Positions 25,096-35,386 of a stretch of 64,000 nt of DNA are shown one piece after another. The notes below the pieces were generated by a model that made no database searches, had not been told where the DNA came from, and worked only from the letters and a program-made list of their open reading frames with translations. Within the stretch, counting starts at the first letter, position 1. Every line of letters starts with the position of its first letter. The translations under genes were made by a program, and so were the position numbers. Source of the DNA: Ministeria vibrans ATCC 50519 (lineage: Eukaryota > Protista > Filasterea); assembly GCA_943704425.1 (NCBI GenBank), contig CALSCP010002781.1, forward strand, positions 79,733 to 143,732. The letters are read 5' to 3'.

Positions 25096-28000
25096 ATTAT
25101 ATATATATTAAAGTTATATTATTTTATATTATATATATATTTACTGTGGGCTCATCTTAATGCTTCTCTCTTTTGTTGCAGCACACAGCTGTTCCTACAA
25201 GAACTCGCTGGACAACAACAACCGAAAGGCCGAAGTGACAGCGCAAGTAGAGCAAACGATTATGGACATTGAGGATTTGGCCGAGCTGGGACGTCAAAAA
25301 GAAGTGTGTCCTTACTACCTCACGCGCGATCTGCAACACAATGCCGAGATTCTTTTTCTGCCCTACAACTACCTGGTGGATGCAGGGGCGCGCCGCAGCA
25401 ACAAGATCGCCCTCGACAATGCTGTTGTCATCTTTGACGAGGCTCACAACCTCGAGAGCATCTGTGAGGACGCATCGTCAGTCGAGCTTTCTTCACAGGA
25501 CATTGCGGCTGCCGTTGCCGAGATCTCGTCTGCCGTTGAGATTGTCAAGAACCCAAGTGAGGCTGCAAGGGCGACCGACCATTAACCGTCTCACTCTTTT
25601 TATTTCTTTCTAATTTTTTTTCTCGGCATAGCGTATGGTGGCGCAGCCAACAGCGACGATTTGCTAAAGCTGAAGGAGCTTATTCTGCTCATCGAACGCC
25701 ATTTAGGTGAGATTGCGTTGGTGCCTGAGAAAGGCGCGAACACGCCCAGTGCCACATTTCCCGGCACGTATGTGTACGACTTTTTTGCCAAGATGCGCAT
25801 CACGAACGAAACACGCGATCCCGTTGTGGACACCATTGATGCGTGTATTGGGGTGCTTACCGAACAGAAGCACGCGGTGTCCATGCGCAAGCATCAAGGT
25901 GTGAGTCTGGGCAAGATTGCCGATGTGTTGCGTCTTGTCTTCTCCGACGAGATGGTGGGCCATCGCGAAGACGTTGCGCGCTTCTATCGTGTGCACATTG
26001 CCATCGACACGGCTGCCGAGGCGGCGCGCAAACGTGCTGCTGGTAGCCGTCCCAACGAGGGTGTCTGGGCGGGCAGTAGTGGTCGTGCCAACGACCTCCC
26101 GCCTATGCGTCGACTCTCCTTCTGGTGCTTTAGTCCGGGCTTTGCCATACGCGATCTCATGCGCCAGGGCGTGCGTAGCATTCTGTTAACTTCGGGCACG
26201 CTGTCGCCTCTGAGTAGCTTCGAAGCGGAGCTGCAACTGCCCTTTCCGGTGCGCCTTGAAAATGAGCATGTGATTGAGGGGAAACAGTTGTGTTTGTCTG
26301 TGGTACCTGCCGGACCCGGTGGCCATGCATTCAACTCGTCGTACCAGGCGCGTCAGCTGCCCGCCTACCGCACCGACCTGGGCAACGCCATTGTCAACTA
26401 CGCACGCATCATTCCCGACGGTCTCCTGGTCTTTTTCCCCTCGTACTCCGTCATGAACATGTGTATCGAAACGTGGCAGCGTGTCGCTGCCGACGGTGGT
26501 CGCTCGGTATGGGAGCGCATTGCGCAGTACAAGACCCCGCTGTGCGAGCCACGCTCCAAGGGTGAGTTTGACCAGGCTATGGAGGAGTTTTATTCTAAGA
26601 TTCGAGACAAGTCGCGTCAGGGGGCTGTCTTCTTTGCTGTCTGTCGTGGCAAGGTATCCGAGGGCCTCGATTTTGCCGACAGCAACGGGCGCGGCGTCAT
26701 TATTACCGGCCTGCCCTATCCGGCGCTCCAAGAGCCCAAGGTGAAGCTCAAGCGAACCTTTATGGACGAGAGTGCGAACGCACCGGGTCGTGACAAGTCA
26801 GTGCACACCCTGACGGGCGCCGAATGGTACCAACAGCAAGCATGGCGTGCCGTGAACCAGGCCATTGGTCGTGTGATCCGCCATCGTCGCGACTACGGCG
26901 TGATTATTCTGGCAGACGCGCGTTTCAGCACGGCGAGCAGTGTAAAACAGTTGCCCCTCTGGTTGCGGCCCTACGTCAATGTCTGCCAGCACTTTGGTGA
27001 GTCCACCAAACTTGTATCGCAGTTCTTCAAGGTGGTCAATGCAGATGCGTCGCTCCAGCCCGAAATGGCGCTTGCCATTGCCTCGCGCAATGCCGCCGCC
27101 AGTGCGGCCACTGCCGAGGCGACCGACCAACGGCTGCGCGAAATGATCGAAGACGGTTCGCTGGATCCCACGTCGAGTGTGGCCATCAAGGTGCGCAAGC
27201 CAGCAAAAGTGACAAATGCGACGAGTCGTGAAGGAGCGAGTGCCTTGCGAAGCCTTGTGGACTCTGTCACCGCAAGCGACAGCAAATCGACGTCAGCTGC
27301 AGGAGCATCGCTATTTTCGCGTCTCAACGCCTTCAGCACCGGTGCCCCCGCTGCTGCCGTGCCCACGCCTCCTCCGTCCACTCTCTCGGCACGGCGTCCA
27401 TTTTCTGCCGCCATATCCACAACAACTACGACAATTGCAAGTGCAACCACACCAGCCTCCTCCACTAGCACGACCGCTACTGCGTCATCGCGTTCTCTGT
27501 TTGGCCAGGGCACCGTGGCCGGCACACTCCCCGCCACCTCAACAACCTCTACCACCACCACCACCACCACTACCACCACTACCAATGCACCCGATGCCCC
27601 CCCTGCCACTTCCACCAGTGTTGTGAGCAAAGCGGACGAACTGCAAGCAATGATGCGCGAAGTGTTGACGAAACCCGAACGCAAACAGGTGCAACGCAGC
27701 ACACGCCTCTACCGCCACGATCGCAACATCCACGGCCTCGTTCTTAACCTAAGGTACTCATCAATCAATCAATTTGATTCTTTTTTTTTTCCTGTGCTAC
27801 ATTCATTCTATTCTCTCCTTCTCTTTCTTGTTAGACCCGTGTTTGATCACGACGGTCGCGAACACTTTGTACAGCGGTTTCGTGAGTTTGTTCCGTCGCG
27901 CGACTGGGCCACCTTTGACAAGCACATTGAGACTCTTTTCACTAGCAAACGACTCGCCACCTCCGACAACGACAACGGTGACAAGCAGAGGACAGACACG

Positions 28001-28369
28001 AGTGGTGGTGGTATCGAGGGAGACGATGACAGCGCTGGTCTTGATGAGCCTGTGCGCAAACGACCGCGTCCTACGCCGTCCCAACCCTCTGACACGGGAG
28101 GTATGTGAAACAGAAGAAAAAAAGAGCGTAAGAAGAACGGTGCCAAGCAAGGCAGTATGTGGCTCTGACACACGCCATCCCTGCTCACAGCCAACGAGGG
28201 TGCGATTGTATGTGGGAAATGCCGGCAGGCAGCTCAGGCGCCCTTTGTCGCGCCCTGCACGCACGCCGCGTGTCACAAGTGCTGGAGTGCGCTTGGGGCA
28301 ACGCCCCGCTGTCCCACTTGTGATCAGCGAGTTGCTCGCCACACTTTGAGAAAGCTCTTCTTCGTATAA
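24282..28369 (+). CDS. RTEL1: RTEL1 Fe-S (XPD-family) helicase with a harmonin-like segment and a C-terminal RING finger
   Basis: IPFPFQPY, LLESPTGTGKTLCLLC, IYASRTHTQLSQ, four Fe-S cysteines after splicing, FDEAHN, LTSGTLSP, VCRGKVSEGLDF, RAVNQAIGRVIRH; last exon CGKC...CTHAACHKC...CPTC. Confidence 0.93.
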
Positions 28370-28423
28370 TGTATAATGTTGTAGAAAAAAGTGTATGTTG
28401 ATTGTGCGTATATGTTAAAGTAG

Positions 28424-28530
28424 AAGATGCGACTGTTTTGAACAAGATGCGACTGTTCTGAACAAGATGTGACTGTTTTGAACAAGATGTGACTGTTTTG
28501 AACAAGTTGCGACTGTGTTGTGTTGAACAA
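28424..28530. repeat. 20-bp minisatellite AAGATG(C/T)GACTGTT(T/C)TGAAC, about 5 copies
   Basis: Period-20 tandem copies read directly, between the convergent RTEL1 and PKC 3' ends. Confidence 0.92.
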
Positions 28531-28643
28531 GACGTTTCATGAATAGACAAATATTAGAGTATTGTATTGTCAATCGGTCACACGCACACACAAATAATTG
28601 ACAGAAAAAAAAAGCAGAGAGAGAAAGTAAAGCATAAAAGAGA

Positions 28644-31600
28644 TTAGACCTGGAGATCATCGGCAGTGTAGGTGAAGCCCTGAAAGTCCTCCTGGTTGAT
28701 GGTCTTGAGGGCGCCAGGCGAGGTGGGCGACAGCGTGGGTGCCTCCTTTGTGAATTCGTGGTGGAAGTTGGACGTGTCCTTGGGATCGTCGGAGATTTTC
28801 GGGACGAACGGCGGCTTCACCTCCATCCTCTCAATCTTCCCCCAGTCCACCGACTTAAAGTACTCGTGTGCCGCGAGATCCTCTCCAGACTTTTCCGCAC
28901 ACGCACCCAGACGCTTCTTGGGGTTGCGAGTGAGCAGCTATAGTGGAGACGGCACAAGAAGAGACGTGAGCAGGCGGTTTCGGGGTTCTTTCGTTCTTCT
29001 TACGCCTGAGATGCACGACTTCTGGTCGGGAAGAATCTTGGGAGGGAAGGTGGGGTCGTCGTAAAGGATGGCTTCGAAGAGATCGTCTTCGTCGTCACCC
29101 TCAAACGGCGGCTGGCCACACACCATTTCGTACAGAAGCACACCAAAGGCCCACCAGTCGACAGCGCAGCCGTACGCCTCGCCTGTGAAACACAAACAAG
29201 TGTCAACAACGGAACACGCATTCTTTGTTGTTGTTCTTTGCGATATTATACCTTCGACGATTTCGGGGGCAATGTAATCGGGCGTGCCGCAGAAAGTGGT
29301 AGCAAGCACATCGGCAGCAATGCCCTCCTTGCACATGCCAAAGTCGGCGAGCTTAACGTGACCCGCAGCCGTCATGAGAATGTTGTCGAGCTTGAGATCA
29401 CGGTACACGATGTGCTTCTCGTGCAGCCATCGCAGCGCACAGACCACCTCGGCGCCGTAGAAGCGCGACTGCTCCTCGGTGAATCTCTTGGCCTTCTGAA
29501 TCTGGAACATGAGATCGCCACCTAAGCAAATAAAAAATTATATAATTACATTAGCGTGTCAGAGAGTGCGTGCTTTCTTTTTGGTGCAATGTGTGCGCAT
29601 AATATTAGTTTGATTGTGTACCATTGATGTACTCCATGACAAACATGAGTCGGTCCTCGGTCTGGAAGCAGGCAGAAATGCCGCAAAGGTACGGGTGCTG
29701 GTGACCGAGAGCAAGAACGTTCTTCTCGGTGCGTGTGCACTCAACGTCGTCGTCCTGCGAGATGATGTCCTTCTTGAGCACCTTGATAGCGTACACCTTC
29801 TTGTTCACTTTGCACTCGGCCAGCAGGACCTACCGAATACATTGAGGGATCGTATCAGCAACTGTGACACGCGGACACGGCTATTTCGCCTTATTCTTCT
29901 CTGTTTACCTTGCCAAAAGAGCCCTTTCCCAAGACCTTGAGGAAGATGAAGTCGTCAATCGAGAGCGACTTGCCACTCGAGTGGGCGGGTGCGCTCTGGA
30001 CGGCCGCGTCTTCTTCGGCCTGCAGCTCCGCCTTGGGGGCCGTGAGTCCACACAAGTTGGCCATTTTGCTGGAGCAGTGAGAGTGTGCGTTCATCTTGCA
30101 CTCCTTGCACTGCATACCTATAACAACACCATAATGCAAAGTGATTCGTCAATTCCACGTTTGGAAAAAAGCAGAAGAAAAAAAATGTCTACAAAAGTGC
30201 TATGTTTTTTTTTGTTACCCTGTCGGATGAGCCCGTAGAGAAGAGAGCCGCAGTGGTCGCAGAAGGTTGGGCTCATGTAGTTGTGTCGCTTGAAAGTGTG
30301 CGCCTTGTTGTACTCGAACTTGGCTTCGAGCTCGGCACTTTCGCCCTTGGGGTTGGCCTTGCACACGCCCAGAATGGCCATGTGGCACTTCTTGTGGACG
30401 ACGAGCGCACACGACTCACACTGGTAGCCCTGCTTGCCCATGCCCCAGATGAACTCTTGGCAGTGGGAGCAGAAAGTGGGTTGACGGAAGAAGCGTGCCA
30501 TAAACTTGTGACCCTTGACTTCGTGAATCTTGCGCTTGCGCACTGCACCATTACGCTTGTTCATGCCCGCGAATGCGTCCTTCTTCTCCTTGAACTCTAA
30601 ATACAATCAAACAATAATAAAAATATTTTAGTACTACAATTTTGAGTGCGCCACTTGTCAAGTCGTTTACCTGTCGAGATGGACATGGGCTCAAAGTAGA
30701 GCTTGAGGTAGGCAGTGCCAAACGGTTCGAGCTTGACTTCACACGACTGGACCGCCTCACCTTCCTTCACTCCCTTGAACATTGCCTGAAAGAAAAATAA
30801 TAGAGTATTATTACAATAAAAACAACAACAACAACAAACAAAGATAAAGAATAAGAATAATAATAATAACAATAATAACGTCTTACTCTAATGTCAATGA
30901 CACCGTCGCAGAGGAGCTTCTTGCTGAGAGTAGTCTTGACAAACATGACAATTTCAATCTTCTTGCCGCGTCGCATGACAAACGGGTTGAGCTTCTGATC
31001 AAAGCACGGATTAAAGGAGTCCTTGACAACGCTCGTCTGCAAATGAGGAAAAAAAGGAAGAAAAGAGGTGAGAGCAGGCGAGAGAAACACATGGGATGCG
31101 GGGGAGGGGATGGCGGCCTTCAAAAACAACGTGCGGGGCACAAGGAGAAGAGGAGAGGGGGCGCGAGGGGCGGCAGAGGGCGCGCGAGTCGTTGGGTCGT
31201 GCCCTTCCCACTCCATCAGCACTCCCAAAAGGAGACGACAACGCCGTTGGGCTGCAAAGACAGCGCAATCGCGGACGCGACGCCGTGCTGTCGGAGCACG
31301 CTCAAGGAGAGCATCGCGAGTGTTGTGCGGTTTGAAGCAAAAAAGAAAATGACGTCGAGATATATATTTCGAAAGAAGAAGAAGAAGAAGAAAAAAAAAA
31401 CGGTTTGTGACAGCGCAAGAAGATGCGTCAGGGAAGCGTGGGCGGCGAGGGAAGCTCGAGGATACTGTAGCGGCGGTGACAGTGGCCAAGAGGGGGGATG
31501 GACGCGAGGCGTTCGAGGTGTGGCTCACACAAGCGAATATTTTGGGAAAAAGTGCCCAAAAGCGAGCAAGAGCGGCTCACAGCTGAACTTGAAGGCATTG

Positions 31601-31719
31601 CAAGCCAACGAAACACCCACACGCGTCAGGCGAGTGGCTGTGCAAAGGGATGATGGCTCGCAATAGCTCGTTCTTTTTTTTCTTTTTTTATATATAGGTA
31701 AGGAGTTCTCGCTGATGCG

Positions 31720-31761
<42 letters not shown>

Positions 31762-32048
31762 TTACCTGTCCAATCTGCGCATCGTCGACGTTGACCACGC
31801 ACACCGTGTTGATCTTGTTGAGCACCTTCCCGGACGACAGCTCCTACAGGCCCGGTCGAGAGTAGAGAGTGAGTGGTGAGTGGTGAGAGAGAGAGAGAGT
31901 CCACTGTGTGTGTAAACCTTTGGCTGAAGGTCCGAAACCTTCAGGATTTCTACTGTAATCTTGCCATTCAAGGCCACTGCAACAAGAACGAAGGGATGAG
32001 CAGACGATCCGGGAGGCGGGGAGAGGAGGGAAGGAGAGAGAGCGTACT
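28644..32048 (-). CDS. Novel protein kinase C (epsilon/eta-like): C2-like, pseudosubstrate, C1a, C1b, kinase; start codon probably split by an intron
   Basis: [33 protein letters not shown]; [19 protein letters not shown]; LGKGSFGKV; YRDLKLDN; DFGMCKE; [12 protein letters not shown]; hydrophobic motif FQGFTY. Confidence 0.95.
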
Positions 32049-32237
32049 TTTCAAATTGCGAAAAAAAAAACAAAAAAAAAGAGTGTTTGTCGTTTCACTC
32101 GTTTGTACTTTTTCATTTGCTGATCAATCGAATTTACTTGTCCCGTGTACATGAACGCAGACATTTCACTGTGGTAGTTGCGAGATTCGAGAGGACAGCC
32201 GCTGTAGACCGCAAGCAAGCAAGCAAGCAAGCAAGGG

Positions 32238-33499
32238 ATGGATATTGTGGTGCACACCCATCGAGTGTGCCTTGGCGAATGCTCGCTCGCACAGATCCCC
32301 TCTCTCACGCACACTGCGCTCTCCGCCCTGATCTACCATGATCCCATGTCGCCCTTCTTCAGCATCACCAACGCATACGACCACATCAGCATTGTGTGTG
32401 ACGTTGAGACTCGTCACAGTACGTTACGTGATTTTTTTTTTTTCATGTTGAAGTCTGATGCAACACCCACTGAAAACACCACATTCCCTCTTGTGTTTCA
32501 GGTTTATGGCCGCTGGGCGTCGACAATGTGGTCACATGGACACCTGGAGAATGGCGAGTCGTTGAGGTGAAGTGATGTGGAGGCGATATTTATATTTTTG
32601 CGACCACACTAATAATTTAGTATAATTATTATAGATTGTTGCAAGTCACGACAGTAACATTGACTGGGTCGACACGGTCGGGGTGGTGAATACGGCGACG
32701 AAGCCATTTCAGGAGGCTGGCATCTCGGTGTACTACCTGTCGTCGTACGCCGGCGATTACGTGCTCGTGCCCGAGAGCAGTCTCGCGCATGCCCTCAGTG
32801 TTGCAGCGCGAATAATGCATGTGCATGTGGAGGAGAGCCTCGACAGCGAGCAGAGGCACGACCTTCAGTCTGAGATCAAGCCTGCTGACGAGTTGCCTCC
32901 GCCACCAGCGCCTCAATCCAAGCTGTTGCCTTACAGCTTTATGAGCGAGCCTGTCAGCATTGGTGCGTGTGACCGTCGTCACCTCAAGGTACTAAATTGC
33001 ATTATTTTATTTATTTTTTCTTTTGTTTAGTATACATATATATATATGTATGTGTGTGACAAACATCTTATTATAGAGTCTGTTGGGCAGTGTCATAGAA
33101 GAAATGCTGTTTGGACTGGAAACAAAGCGGTTTGCGAACATTACGCTCGTGAACGAACAGGCATCGTTTGTGCTTCGCAGCAGTGTTCTTGCCGCGCTGG
33201 CACGGCAGCACGCAGGGACAGTGGTGCGTAGTGGTGAGGCATACAGAGTGTGTCGGGCGGGCGAAGAAGGCTCCGTGCTCGGCTTTGACGACTGTGGCGT
33301 TGTCTCCCAGTTTGCCGAACCCTTGGGCGCAGCGGGTGTCCATCTCTACTACATGTCATGCTATCGGACAGACTATTTCTTGGTGCTCGATGGCGATGTT
33401 GGCACTTCTGAGGCCATTCTGCGCGAGAGGAGTGTCGCACAGCAACATGCCGAAGACGATGACGACGACGGAGACGAAGACGAAGAAGAGGATGACTAA
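32238..33499 (+). CDS. CASTOR/GATS-like four-ACT-domain amino-acid sensor (4 exons)
   Basis: PFFSITN...ISIVCD; PFQEAGISVYYLSSYAGDYVLVPE; LGFDDCGVVSQFAEPLGAAGVHLYYMSCYRTDYFLV, matching the CASTOR1 ACT2/ACT4 pattern (LGFDECGIVAQIAGPLAAADISAYYISTFNFDHALV). Confidence 0.88.
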
Positions 33500-33589
33500 A
33501 AACTGTGTGAAACAACACAAAGAAAGAAAAAAGACTGTACCACCAAGAGAAGTAAAAAATGATAAAGAAAAGCAGAAAAATTATTAATC

Positions 33590-35152
33590 TTAAATGTCGT
33601 TGAGAAGCAGATTGGCGGCAAGCGCTTCGTTTCCGTCGCACGCACGCAATGCCTGAATGCATTCGGCCGGCGAAAACCCAAGTGCAACCAACTATTAAAC
33701 ACAAGCAAAATGGGGAATGATCAATCAAAAGTGGTAAAAAAAAGTAAACGTACTCGCTCGATGGAGGCACGCTCTTCAGGCGTCACTTGGATGACGCGCT
33801 CGCCAGGGGCACCTTCGCCAGGGGGCGCACCACCATCACCACCGCCGGGAACAGCACCGACGGGCTCGTTAAGCAGTGCAAGGAACGCTTCTTGGTTCTG
33901 GTTGATAATGGCCAACAGTTCTGGGTTTTGCTGTTGCAATTGCTGGAGGAGAGGCGGGAGCACTTCGGGGCGTTGTTGCACCAGAGCGCGGATCTGATTG
34001 AATTGCGGATCGGCACGGAGAAAGGCCAAAGGATCGGCACCGTCGGCCCCTTCGACATCAGCACCGTCCGGAGCACCGATGAGCGCCTCTTCGTCTGCAC
34101 CTTCGTCCATGGGTGCTACACCGTCCACATCGGTTTCGGCAGCTGCCTCTTCTGCAGCGATGTTCTCAGGGATGCCTGTCATGAGGTATTCGGCAGCCCG
34201 ATCGGGATTGTTGAAGGCGGCACGCATTGCCCTCTCAACCATATCACGCGAATGTCCCCCAAACGCCATCAGTGTCTGAATGGTCTCTTCCAACTGGTTG
34301 CCCGCGGCAAGGTTGGACGCAGCCTCGAGCGCCGACGTGTTCAGATTTTCTTCACTTGCAGCTTCGGTGGTGGCAGGAGCGGCACTGGTGGTCTCTGTTG
34401 CGGGTGTCGCTGTGGGTGTCACAGCAGCAGTAGCAGTGTCTGTAGTGGCTGCAGGGGTAGCAGAAACAGATGTGGCTGTTGCCGCAGGCGTGGCAGCAGC
34501 AGCCGGCGTGGCAGCAGCAGCCGGCGTGGCAGCAGGTGCGGGAGCTGCTGCTGTCTTGGGGGCAGTCTAAGTCGTCGTTTCAGCACGGTTTGCAAGGCGA
34601 CAACTAGGCATACCTTTGAAATCATGGTGACAAGCACAGCATCCGCTTTGATGTCGTAGTCTCCGGCCGTCTTGGAATCATCCAGAATTTTCCCTAAGAC
34701 AAAAAATTAATAATAAGAAAAAAAAGAAAAAAAAAAGGACACGTCGGATAGTTTTGCCGTTTCCTCGAATGCTACAGGACATAGAGCGGCACGACGCACT
34801 GGTCAACACACAAAACCTCGACGTGGCGAGCAAAACACGATGAAATAGCAGTGTTGGGGTGCGCTACAGAGGTGCAAGCGTGCAGCACGAACATTCACGA
34901 AAACGCACGACGATAATTATTACTACATTCACACACACGCACGCACACACACACTCGATTGCAGCCACGTGTATCCCCCCCCTACACTACGCTTGCACCG
35001 TGCTTACCCACGTGGATCACTTTCAAGCGCTCTGTGACAAACACTGCTGGGTCGATGGAATTGATCTTGGCCTTGATCTCCGCAACTGTGTCGCTCAGTT
35101 CGATCTCGATCGGGTGCTCGGTGCCCGCCAGAGTCTTTACAATGACCTTCAT
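33590..35152 (-). CDS. RAD23: UV excision repair protein RAD23 (UBL, UBA1, XPC-binding, UBA2)
   Basis: MKVIVKTL...GKILDD; AMRAAFNNPDRAAEYLMTGIP; PLAFLRADPQFNQIRALVQQRPEVL; IQVTPEERASIERLVALGF...NEALAANLL. Confidence 0.96.
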
Positions 35153-35386
35153 AATGATAGGAATGTAGAAATTTTATTGAAATTTGAAAATTGCTTGTTA
35201 ATCTTACTATATTTTATTGACAATAATTATTTTACTTCTTCTTCTTCTTCTAGGTCTAGTTCTTCTCTTGCACTTTCTAAATTTGTTCAAATTCTTCTCT
35301 TTGTGTACTCCAGGTAACGCAAAAGAATCAAACACAGACAGACAGACACAAACACTCCCTCAAATATTGTTCTTTCTGTCTCTCTA

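Noticed and set aside
28340-28369. PCNA-interacting (PIP) box at the RTEL1 C-terminus (LRKLFF)
   Set aside because: The spacing does not fit Qxx[LIM]xxFF; it is the usual strand following a RING domain.
28424-28530. CRISPR-like array
   Set aside because: The repeats are contiguous with no unique spacers, there are no cas genes, and the context is eukaryotic.
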